Below the pieces are notes generated by a model. That model saw only the letters and a list, made by a program, of their open reading frames with translations. It ran no database searches and was not told the DNA's origin. The position numbers and the translations under genes were made by a program. A stretch of DNA of 64,000 nt, taken from an uncultured Candidatus Bathyarchaeia archaeon (GTDB lineage Archaea > Thermoproteota > Bathyarchaeia > Bathyarchaeales > Bathyarchaeaceae). Shown here one piece after another: positions 20,666 to 28,892 of this stretch (position 1 is the stretch's first letter; every line of letters begins with the position of its first letter). The DNA is taken from the NCBI GenBank assembly GCA_964623205.1, contig CAZUQX010000001.1:153954-217953 (forward strand). Direction: 5' to 3'.

Positions 20666-20826
20666 CAGGGTTCCTCCGGGAATCCAAAACTACATGGAAT
20701 AGGTGCAATATATGTTTTGGCTGAAGAGCAACGAAGTGAAGAGAGGCTAGTTTTTAGAAGAAGCAAGCCATAAACTTCATTTTAGAGGATGTTTCTGACC
20801 CGTTTGGCATTCTCAAGAACTGAAGC

Positions 20827-21186
20827 TTATTGTTTATCCTCCTCTTTTCGGAGGGTCTTCTCCATGAGTTTCCGAAGGATAGGGGCAGCTTCCTTTTCTC
20901 CAAAGGTTTTTGTGAAAACTGAGACTAAAGCGATCTTTTGCGTGTTCTTGGCGAGGAGTTCAGCTAGAACGCGGGCAATCATCACATTCCTGTCTCCAAG
21001 CAAGATCGAGGAGAGAGGTGGCCCAACCAGTTTCTGGGGTTGAGGTATAGCCACAGCCAGTGTGCCCAGCTGATCTTCGCCCTCGCTCATGAGTAAGAGG
21101 CTTGAGTTTTTTGTTTCAAGATAAATGGCGAGAAAAGACGTATCTCGTTCAACAATCTCTTCTTTAACAATCTTTGCTCGTGACAA
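20827..21186 (-). CDS. hypothetical protein
   Basis: 119-aa ORF with no motif recognised. The antisense ORF 20789..21043 is judged spurious. Confidence 0.35.
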   Translation of the reverse strand: MSRAKIVKEEIVERDTSFLAIYLETKNSSLLLMSEGEDQLGTLAVAIPQPQKLVGPPLSSILLGDRNVMIARVLAELLAKNTQKIALVSVFTKTFGEKEAAPILRKLMEKTLRKEEDKQ

Positions 21187-21265
21187 CCTCGACTCTCCGT
21201 GTCTATTTATAGCTTTACCACCCTTCTATTTAGTATTTTCAAACTAGACCTAGAGGGAAGCGTCT

Positions 21266-21928
21266 TTGCAGAAGAGAAGAGCCCAAGAAATCTTGGCCAT
21301 ACTTCGAGACAACTTTTCCGTGCCGTCATGGCCATGTTCGAAAAGCGACCCCTTCAGAACCCTGATTTTAACAGTGCTTTCTCAAGCTACAGCCGACAGA
21401 AATTCGGCGCGGGCCTTCAGAAACCTCCAAAGACGATTCTCTATAACACCGGAGACACTGTCCAAGGCAGAGATTACGGATATTGAGAACGCCATAAAGG
21501 TTGGAGGGCTCTACAGAAACAAAGCCAGAGTTATCAAAGCCATCTCCGGCAGGCTATTGGAGCAACATGAAGGCTCATTAGATTTTATTTATTCAATGCC
21601 CTTCGAGGATGCACGTAAAACCCTTCTAACCCTTCCCGGAGTAGGACCCAAAACCGCCGACATTGTTCTCCTCTTCTGCGCCAGAAAACCAGCCATCCCC
21701 GTAGACACCCACGTTAATCGTGTTTCGAAAAGATTGGGACTGGTTCCGGCAAAAGCTGACTATAATGGAGTACGCAGTGCTCTCGAAAGCCACTACTCAC
21801 CCGAAGACTATCTCAACGTTCACTTGTTGTTTATTTTTCATGGCAGAAAATTCTGTAAGGCAAGAAAGCCTCTGTGCAAGATTTGCCCGGTCAACGCTCT
21901 GTGCCCTTCCAGACGAATAGAAGATTAG
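21266..21928 (+). CDS. nth: endonuclease III (HhH-GPD DNA glycosylase with [4Fe-4S])
   Basis: LPGVGPKTADIVLLF hairpin-helix-hairpin, VDTHVNRV, and the C-terminal CKARKPLCKICPVNALC cluster. TTG start. Confidence 0.88.
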   Translation: MQKRRAQEILAILRDNFSVPSWPCSKSDPFRTLILTVLSQATADRNSARAFRNLQRRFSITPETLSKAEITDIENAIKVGGLYRNKARVIKAISGRLLEQHEGSLDFIYSMPFEDARKTLLTLPGVGPKTADIVLLFCARKPAIPVDTHVNRVSKRLGLVPAKADYNGVRSALESHYSPEDYLNVHLLFIFHGRKFCKARKPLCKICPVNALCPSRRIED

Positions 21929-21941
21929 GTGGCTAGAAGTT

Positions 21942-23228
21942 TTACAGGATGTAGTTGGAGTAGACTGTGCTTAAGCCTGTCTCCCTGCAGTTTTTGTCCA
22001 GTTTTATCTGACCGAAATAGATGGTCGATACTTTCTCGCTTACACGGGTATAGACCTTCAGTGCTCTTCGTTTGTAGTCAACTCCATGCAGGATGCCGAT
22101 TCCCAGAAACTTGTCCTCTTCATCTTTCAGCCCCACAAGCAAGCCCTCCTCGTCTCCCTCTCGTATCACTTTTACCTTTTTTCCGAAGCGTTCCTCAGCA
22201 TCCTTAATTTGCTCTTCAGTAGCCGCTTTACTCCTACGTAAGACAGTAAAGATGGCATCACCGTTTTCTTCGGAGTAGATGGGTCTGGTTCCCAGCAGGT
22301 TCGTCAAGGTTTCCAAACGTTTATTATGTAATGGACCTCCGGATCCCAAAAGCGAGTCCTTAACTTTTAGCCAGTTAAGAGAAAGGAACAGCATCTTGCC
22401 TCTTTTCAGGTACTTCTTGTAACTTAGCTCCCGTAGAATCTTTCTTTTTTCTCTACTTCTTGGTTGAATCAGCTGCGGAGATTCTATTACCAGAACCTTG
22501 ACATCGTGTAACGCGTTTATAATTGGGGCTAACTCGTTCCCTCGTTGCATTCCCACGACAGCACTGGGAGAAATTTTATCCACCAACCGAGCCTTATATT
22601 CGGCTGCCTCTTCGCCTTCGACCCAACCGTCGGTATTTATAACGAGAAAATCCACCCCTGCCTCCATAACCCTGCCTTTCAGCTGAATCAACCCTTCAAT
22701 GACTCTGTTTATCGATCCGCTTGGACTGGTAGACCCCACAAAAAACGCGTCTTGAGCATCAATCTCAAATAGGTCTTTCACGGGTTCAGTTAGGAAATTG
22801 AAACCCACAGTTGAGGGCGGTCCCACATCAGACTGCCCCAAATCAGCATCAATAATGCTTGTCCTCAATTTCTTCATCACTGCCTCATTCGCAAGAAAGG
22901 TGCAGAAGCTCGTCTTTCCCGAGTCCACTCCGCCTATGACCATGACAGTTACCGGTTTCTTCAAGGACAAAATTTCTTTTGCGATGCCATCCCATGAGGA
23001 CGGAACAGTTCCCTCATCAACTTCTTTAAAGGAAGCTCCTTCTCCTTGCAGCAATTCAAGGGAAGCCTGTTTTTTCACCCATAAGGGCAAGCGTTTTCCT
23101 TCCCTGATTACGAGTTTCTCGCCGATTTTGAGAGGCGCCCCCAAAATGGTTATCTTTCCGGAGAGAAGGCTTACAGAAGCAGGACCATCAACCAGCAAAG
23201 TCTTCCCTGTCTTGACAACACACTTCAT
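21942..23228 (-). CDS. Clp1/Grc3-family polynucleotide 5'-kinase
   Basis: VMVIGGVDSGKTSFCTFLAN P-loop and a central DADLGQSDVGPP motif. 428 aa, like archaeal Clp1 homologues. Confidence 0.75.
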   Translation of the reverse strand: MKCVVKTGKTLLVDGPASVSLLSGKITILGAPLKIGEKLVIREGKRLPLWVKKQASLELLQGEGASFKEVDEGTVPSSWDGIAKEILSLKKPVTVMVIGGVDSGKTSFCTFLANEAVMKKLRTSIIDADLGQSDVGPPSTVGFNFLTEPVKDLFEIDAQDAFFVGSTSPSGSINRVIEGLIQLKGRVMEAGVDFLVINTDGWVEGEEAAEYKARLVDKISPSAVVGMQRGNELAPIINALHDVKVLVIESPQLIQPRSREKRKILRELSYKKYLKRGKMLFLSLNWLKVKDSLLGSGGPLHNKRLETLTNLLGTRPIYSEENGDAIFTVLRRSKAATEEQIKDAEERFGKKVKVIREGDEEGLLVGLKDEEDKFLGIGILHGVDYKRRALKVYTRVSEKVSTIYFGQIKLDKNCRETGLSTVYSNYIL

Positions 23229-23857
23229 TACATATTCTTCCTTGGAAAAATTCTGCCGTTTCTTCTCGCGATTTCTATTGCGGAAACAGCGTCCCTTAAT
23301 CCTCTTCGGTTTGCAGTTTCAGTTATGAGGTGACTTGTGCCGGCTTCACTCACTATTTCTATCATAATCTCTTCAGGCATCTCTTCATTTAATGAACGGA
23401 TTAATCTTTTTGTGTATTCAGGAGGTCCGTTACCCACCCGTACTACTCTAACCATGGCTGGAAACCTATTCAAGCAGTCTACAACAAGATTAACTGCCTC
23501 TTTTAAGATTGAGGAGGTTAATGTTTCTAAGACTTTGTCATCGCCTAGAATTGCTATGCCGTAGGTTTTGCCGGGGTCCACTCCGACAACAACTCTTTCG
23601 TACCTTCGTTTTCCCTGAACAATCAGAATTGCCTCGTCCACAACAGATTCAGGGTTAGATCCCTGCTCAAAAAGAAGAACCTGGGGGTGCGAAACCTGCT
23701 GGCTCTCCTCTTTAGTGGTTATAACCACTTTAATATCTAAGGGAATGGGGTCCCAGGGCTTCAGGCTTGAGAAGGACAAACGCTTTCTCTTCAGTTCCTT
23801 CACAAGTTCGTAATAGGCTCTTCCAGAAACCGTTGCAACCGCAATTTTTGCTTTCAT
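23228..23857 (-). CDS. predicted RNase-H-fold nuclease
   Basis: VVVGVDPGKTYGIAILGDD resembles the first strand and catalytic Asp of RuvC/YqgF-type folds. Its stop overlaps the Clp1 ATG (TAATG). The ORF track extends to GTG 23881. Confidence 0.45.
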   Translation of the reverse strand: MKAKIAVATVSGRAYYELVKELKRKRLSFSSLKPWDPIPLDIKVVITTKEESQQVSHPQVLLFEQGSNPESVVDEAILIVQGKRRYERVVVGVDPGKTYGIAILGDDKVLETLTSSILKEAVNLVVDCLNRFPAMVRVVRVGNGPPEYTKRLIRSLNEEMPEEIMIEIVSEAGTSHLITETANRRGLRDAVSAIEIARRNGRIFPRKNM

Positions 23858-24062
23858 AGAATTACCCGTTCCACGTTCCACACAGAAGACAACCTATTAG
23901 AAGATGGAGAGGTGATTGTATGCATGACTTTGAACCCAGCGTCTCTCTCCTGTCCTTCTTTTGCTCTTAAATATGTTACGAAAAGATGGTTCAGTTAGCT
24001 CAGGTCAGCAGAGAGAAGGCTTATAATTCTTGAAGTTATAGTTCGCTTCTTGTGTAGGGGTA

Positions 24063-24755
24063 TTGCAGAATTTCGTTCCAACGGGTTGCATTTCGCTTGA
24101 TAGACTGTTAGGAGGCGGATTTCCAGCTGACGGCGTCTCCCTTATCTACGGAGAGGCGGAGACGGGAAAAACCTCTCTTGCTGTTCAGTGCGTAGTCAAT
24201 TGTGCACGAAGAGGCTACATGTCCCTTTTCATTGACACGGATGGAACCTTTTCTTCTGAGCGGCTGTCGCAGATAGCTGAGTACGATTACGAGAAAATCT
24301 CTCCCCTCATAATCATAATGAAACCAACAACATTTCAGGAACAAGTCAAAACAATGGATCAGCTTGAAAAGATGATAACAAAAAAATTTGGGTTAATCGT
24401 CGTCGACACCATCACTTCACTATATCGCGTTGAACTTAACGACCCGAAAGAAACTTTTGCTTCGAATCGTGAGTTGAACAGGCAACTAGCGGTTTTGACT
24501 CAAATCGCCAAAACTCGTGGAGTGGCAGTTATCGTTATTAGCCAAGTAAGAAGCGTTCCTCTTGGAGAAAAGGTTGAGATGCAACCTGTGGCCACGCGGG
24601 TTCTAAACTATTGGTCAGATGTTGTCCTTGATCTGAAACAAACGGGTCAAACACGGGTCATAAAGGTCCTCAGTGAAAAACATCCGAAAATAAAAGGAAC
24701 GGGTTTCTGTTACGTCAAGATAGAAAGCACGGGAATATGTGATTACAGACGCTAG
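24063..24755 (+). CDS. radB: RadB (RecA/RadA paralogue)
   Basis: TGCISLDRLLGGGFPADGVSLIYGEAETGKTSLAVQ (Walker A) and LIVVDTITSLYR (Walker B). About 230 aa with no N-terminal HhH domain. Confidence 0.8.
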   Translation: MQNFVPTGCISLDRLLGGGFPADGVSLIYGEAETGKTSLAVQCVVNCARRGYMSLFIDTDGTFSSERLSQIAEYDYEKISPLIIIMKPTTFQEQVKTMDQLEKMITKKFGLIVVDTITSLYRVELNDPKETFASNRELNRQLAVLTQIAKTRGVAVIVISQVRSVPLGEKVEMQPVATRVLNYWSDVVLDLKQTGQTRVIKVLSEKHPKIKGTGFCYVKIESTGICDYRR

Positions 24756-24793
24756 AGTTATTTTCTTCCAATCAAATTAAGGGATGACAGAAC

Positions 24794-25330
24794 ATGTCGA
24801 TGACAATGATTGACGTTGCCGCGGCTATCTGGTTTATTTTCCCAGCTTACTGTGCTAATGCAGCCCCTGTGATCTTCGGCGGTGGCCAACCCATGGATTT
24901 CGGCAGAATTTTCTTTGACGGTAAACCCTTACTTGGATCCCACAAGACAATTAGAGGTTTCTTGGCGGGTCTTATTGTAGGAATGTTAGTTGGGTTAGTT
25001 CAATCTCTCCTCTTTGAGCAGGTTCTTATTCAATATGACTCTCAGTTTCGATATACTGTGCTCCTTGGATTTACGCTATCTCTAGGAGCTCTAACAGGTG
25101 ACCTGATAGAATCTTTCATTAAGCGGCGCTTAGACCTTTCTCCCGGGAGATCTCTACCAGTAGCGGACCAGATCGATTTTATATTAGGAGCATTCCTCTT
25201 TTCGATTCCGGTTTCGCCCCCTTCCTTGCTATCGGCTGTAATAATCCTTCTAATAACGATCCCGATACACTTGATAACAAACTTGGGAGCGGCTCTTTTG
25301 AACATGAAAAACAAGGGGAAAAACAGGTGA
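24794..25330 (+). CDS. carS: CDP-archaeol synthase
   Basis: FPAYCANAAPVIFGGGQPMDFGRIFFDGKPLLGSHKTIRGFLAG matches the CarS (DUF46) core. 5 TM segments. Confidence 0.8.
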   Translation: MSMTMIDVAAAIWFIFPAYCANAAPVIFGGGQPMDFGRIFFDGKPLLGSHKTIRGFLAGLIVGMLVGLVQSLLFEQVLIQYDSQFRYTVLLGFTLSLGALTGDLIESFIKRRLDLSPGRSLPVADQIDFILGAFLFSIPVSPPSLLSAVIILLITIPIHLITNLGAALLNMKNKGKNR

Positions 25331-25366
25331 CGCTGCGTGGCTTTGGCGTGTAGTGTGTGTAGGAGG

Positions 25367-25840
25367 CTAGCCGAATCTAGCAATTAAATTCTGTTCCACC
25401 AGAATATAGGCTACAAGGAGTAGAGCACAGCCAATCAGAAGGAATCTGTATGCTTGACGGGGGCTATAAGCGTACTTGGTGCTTCTATATGCTATGAGAA
25501 ATCCCGAGACACCTAGAGCATAGAAGACCATGATGGTTACGCTCTCTAAGAGAAACTGTTCAGTTATACCATAAGGATAAGAGGTGATTATTGTCCCACC
25601 CGAAACAACGATTGCAACTATGGGCTGAATCAGGATGTCGTAGACTCCTCCCCCCAACAAGAAGAGGGAGGCAGCGACAACCGCGACGGCGACAATAAAG
25701 GTAGAGGGCTTCGCAGTCACGATTCTCCCGTAGGTTTTTTGCAATGAAAAAGCAAGCGAGGAGATTCGTTTACTAAACCACTTCGACACAGTTATCAATC
25801 CTTGTTCTTCAATATTTGCTCTGCCACTTCTTTTGCCCAT
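25367..25840 (-). CDS. hypothetical 4-TM membrane protein
   Basis: 157 aa with four hydrophobic helices. It overlaps the upstream 69-aa gene by 46 nt. Confidence 0.45.
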   Translation of the reverse strand: MGKRSGRANIEEQGLITVSKWFSKRISSLAFSLQKTYGRIVTAKPSTFIVAVAVVAASLFLLGGGVYDILIQPIVAIVVSGGTIITSYPYGITEQFLLESVTIMVFYALGVSGFLIAYRSTKYAYSPRQAYRFLLIGCALLLVAYILVEQNLIARFG

Positions 25841-26004
25841 GAGCCTGTGTATGCATTCTCAACAACCTCTTTTAAATATTCCTTCCAAGAGATGCCCGTA
25901 GCCCTTTTCCAATCCTCAAATTTCTGAACAACATTTCGATAAGCTTTCTCGTGGAGCTCACAGTATTTCTCCAAGGCTTCTCTGTCGCAAATCCTACACT
26001 TCAT
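25795..26004 (-). CDS. small hypothetical protein coupled to topA
   Basis: 69 aa (MKCRICDREALEKYCELHEKAY...). Its ATG overlaps the topA stop (TAATG). Confidence 0.45.
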   Translation of the reverse strand: MKCRICDREALEKYCELHEKAYRNVVQKFEDWKRATGISWKEYLKEVVENAYTGSWAKEVAEQILKNKD

Positions 26005-28088
26005 TATTTTTTACTCCTCTTTCTTTTGAGAGGGCAACTGGGATTAAAGCAAAGTCTCCAAGGTCTTCTACCTCCAATCCGCACAAGCATCTGGGGCCAT
26101 CCACATGATTTACAGTTGCTACCAGCAAGTTTAACGGTTCCACGTTGAGGAAGAGGAAAGGACGTATCGCAGAGACCCTTGAAGTAGCTGGAGCAGCCTA
26201 TGAAGCGCTTCCCAGTCTTTCGGGAATAGATAATCATCAGGTTGCCTGTGCCACAATTCGGGCATTTCCCCACAACCCGCTCCTGCGTTCGCGCTCTCTT
26301 GACCGCCTCGCTCAAGACCTCACCAATAGCCTCTTCGTTATCCTTGAACTGTTCCAGCTGGGGTTTCAGCTGTTCAACAACTTCAACAAGAACGTTTTCC
26401 CTCTTCTCTCTGTTGCTTTGGATTTGCTCCATTTTACTCTCGAGTTCTTGGGTGAGTTTGGCTGAGATCACCTTAGGAGCATACTTCCTGAGAATCTCAA
26501 CGACGTCAAAACCCAGCTCAGTCACCACAATTCTTTCATCCCTAGCGTAGCCGCGATTGTATAGAGTCTGGATGATGTCTGCTCTGGTCGCCTTGGTTCC
26601 AATCCCAAGCTCTTCCATCTTCTTCAGGAGGCTGCTTGGATTGTAGCGAGACGGTGGACCTGTGAACTTGTCTTCCCGTAAGACCCGCCTTAACCGAACG
26701 GATTCGCCCTTCTCGATGCGGGGCAATAGCACCTCTTCAATCCTGATGTAGGGCTTGTAGAATTCCATCCAGCCCTCCTCCAGAACCCCTCTCCCCCTCA
26801 AAAAGAAACCATGACCATCCACCTCTAGACGAACTTTGAGGCTCTCCTTGATCGCCTCCTCTCCAAAAACGGCCATGAACCGCCTAACAACAAGATCCCA
26901 AACCCTCCTCTCAGCTATTCCCAAAGGCTTTTCCGGCAGGTTTCCAGTGGGATACACAGCTGGATGGGCTGGGTCTTCTTTAGCTCCCTCCCTCGGCTTC
27001 AAAGTTTCCTTTTCCAGAAGTTTGGAAGCTAGTTTTTTGCATGAGGCTTTTCTTTTAAGAGAGTTGAGAATTTTTTTGTAGTCAATTATGGGCGGCAGTT
27101 TCTGGCTGCTTGTTCTGGGGTAGGAGATTAAAGCGTCAAGATATAGACGCTGAGCGATTCCTAAGGTGCGCCTAGGAGTATATCCGAAGAAGCTGTAGGC
27201 TTCCCTTTGTAATGCGCCTACGTCGAAGGGGATGGGAGGCTTCTGACGAATTTTTCTCACGTCAACCTTCTTGACTTCCCCAGTTTTGCCCGCACAGGCT
27301 CGTATAACAGCGTCTGCCTCGGCCTTCCTATCAATCCTTTTATTCTCATATTCCGCCTCATAGATAGCATTTGAGATTTCAACCTCAGCTTTTATCTCCC
27401 AGTATGGAGTAGGCACAAAGCTGCGGATTGCCTTCTCCCTTGCAGCCAGAAACTGGAGGGTGGGTCCCTGCACTCTTCCTGTACTCAAAGTGGAATATTT
27501 GCCACTCCAGCGACGCGCTGCCAAAGTTAACGCTCGAGAAAGATTTATGCCGTAGAGCCAATCCACTTCATGTCTAGTTCTTCCGGCTTCTATGAAGGCA
27601 AAATCGAGGTGCGGAAGAAGCTCTTCGTAAGCTTTTACCAACTCACTTCTCATGAGAGTAGAGAACTTCATCCTTTTTGCTGAATCTTCCTTGTTACTGC
27701 AGGCAAACTTCAATATGCAGTATCCAACGAGACTTCCTTCAAGGTCGTAGTCGCAAGCCGACACAAAATCGTCTGCATCATGGGACAGCTTCGAAATCGT
27801 TTCAACCCACATGTGGATCCCTTTCGCGTCTCGCTCTGCCAAGTGTCGCGGTACCCACTTGAAGTTGAAGACTGGATAGTAGTTTCTTTTTCCTCTTTCA
27901 TGAACGATAGTGTAGAGATGTCCAAGGGCGGGAACAACAACGAGTTTTCGGTTCCTGTGAGCGACAAAATAGGGCACGCCGTTTTCTCTAAGCTTCTCGG
28001 GCTTCCCTTGGCTATCAAGAGCTTCGGCTATTCTTTTGGCGGCACTCGGTTTTTCGGTAATTATGAGGGTGTATCTTTCCATCAGCAT
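26004..28088 (-). CDS. topA: DNA topoisomerase IA
   Basis: Toprim LIITEKPSAAKRIAEAL, active-site region LISYPRTSSQKL, and C-terminal zinc ribbons (CPNCGTGNL...CSS...C, CKSCGWP). The ORF track extends to TTG 28181. Homology begins near ATG 28088/28082. Confidence 0.9.
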   Translation of the reverse strand: MLMERYTLIITEKPSAAKRIAEALDSQGKPEKLRENGVPYFVAHRNRKLVVVPALGHLYTIVHERGKRNYYPVFNFKWVPRHLAERDAKGIHMWVETISKLSHDADDFVSACDYDLEGSLVGYCILKFACSNKEDSAKRMKFSTLMRSELVKAYEELLPHLDFAFIEAGRTRHEVDWLYGINLSRALTLAARRWSGKYSTLSTGRVQGPTLQFLAAREKAIRSFVPTPYWEIKAEVEISNAIYEAEYENKRIDRKAEADAVIRACAGKTGEVKKVDVRKIRQKPPIPFDVGALQREAYSFFGYTPRRTLGIAQRLYLDALISYPRTSSQKLPPIIDYKKILNSLKRKASCKKLASKLLEKETLKPREGAKEDPAHPAVYPTGNLPEKPLGIAERRVWDLVVRRFMAVFGEEAIKESLKVRLEVDGHGFFLRGRGVLEEGWMEFYKPYIRIEEVLLPRIEKGESVRLRRVLREDKFTGPPSRYNPSSLLKKMEELGIGTKATRADIIQTLYNRGYARDERIVVTELGFDVVEILRKYAPKVISAKLTQELESKMEQIQSNREKRENVLVEVVEQLKPQLEQFKDNEEAIGEVLSEAVKRARTQERVVGKCPNCGTGNLMIIYSRKTGKRFIGCSSYFKGLCDTSFPLPQRGTVKLAGSNCKSCGWPQMLVRIGGRRPWRLCFNPSCPLKRKRSKK

Positions 28089-28302
28089 ATCCAGTCCATT
28101 CGCCTTCAGACACTCAGGATGCAATAAATGATTTGCGAATAACTCTATTCTCATTTTACAAAAATCTATCACTATAGGCAATTGTCGTAGCTCTTCAGGT
28201 AATCGAAGAAGCGGAGATACCGCAAAGAAATGATCTGCGATTCGTCGTAATATATAAATAGTTTGGGTCGGTTGTATTTCGTTCTGCTACGGCTGTGAGA
28301 TC

Positions 28303-28485
28303 TTGCCTCAACAGGTAATTTGTGAAAAATGTGGTTTCATCCTCTATGAAGGCTCAGAATTGAAACCCCCAGATGAGATAATTCAGACTCACGATGGTAA
28401 ATGCCCTAAATGCGGCAATAAGATATCCTTCGTACCGAAAAAAGTTGAGGTCCGATCTGCAGGCGAAACGGGTAGCAGAAGATGA
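28303..28485 (+). CDS. small zinc-ribbon protein
   Basis: CEKCG...CPKCG pairs. 60 aa, TTG start. Confidence 0.45.
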   Translation: MPQQVICEKCGFILYEGSELKPPDEIIQTHDGKCPKCGNKISFVPKKVEVRSAGETGSRR

Positions 28486-28590
28486 ATGCTCCAGTCCCAG
28501 AATTTTCTCTAATATAGCAAATGCTCTATTGTTATGGAAAATATTAAGTGCTTCAATGCAGATACCGAGATTTGATGGGAGTGAGGAAGC

Positions 28591-28716
28591 GTGGCAGAAT
28601 GGATATGCCTGAAGTGTGGATATAAATGGGTCGACGAAAGCAAAGTGGAGCCTAGGCAATGCCCTATGTGTGGAGGCTGTAATATCTACGTTCCGAAGAT
28701 TATCAAACGGAAATAA
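28591..28716 (+). CDS. small zinc-ribbon protein (41 aa), below the ORF-track cutoff
   Basis: Manual translation from GTG gives VAEWICLKCGYKWVDESKVEPRQCPMCGGCNIYVPKIIKRK. GTGAGGA lies just upstream. It shows paralogue-like similarity to the preceding ORF (ICxKCG...CPxCG...VPK). Confidence 0.4.
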   Translation: MAEWICLKCGYKWVDESKVEPRQCPMCGGCNIYVPKIIKRK

Positions 28717-28892
28717 GACGTATGGTTAATTGACGGGGGCAAAGGAGCCTTCCAAGGTGGGCTTTCTATATTCCAGTCACTATCCTTTCCGTCTTTTTGG
28801 AGCGCATTCTAAAAAGTTAAAATATCTGTTTCTCAAAGAATGAGGTTAATAACAATGAAACCACAAGAGAAATAAAGGGTTTCATTGTTTCA

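Noticed and set aside
21929-22278. Plus-strand ORFs 21929..22207 and 22093..22278
   Set aside because: They are antisense to the Clp1-family kinase gene. Their Ser/Pro/Leu-rich translations carry no motifs.
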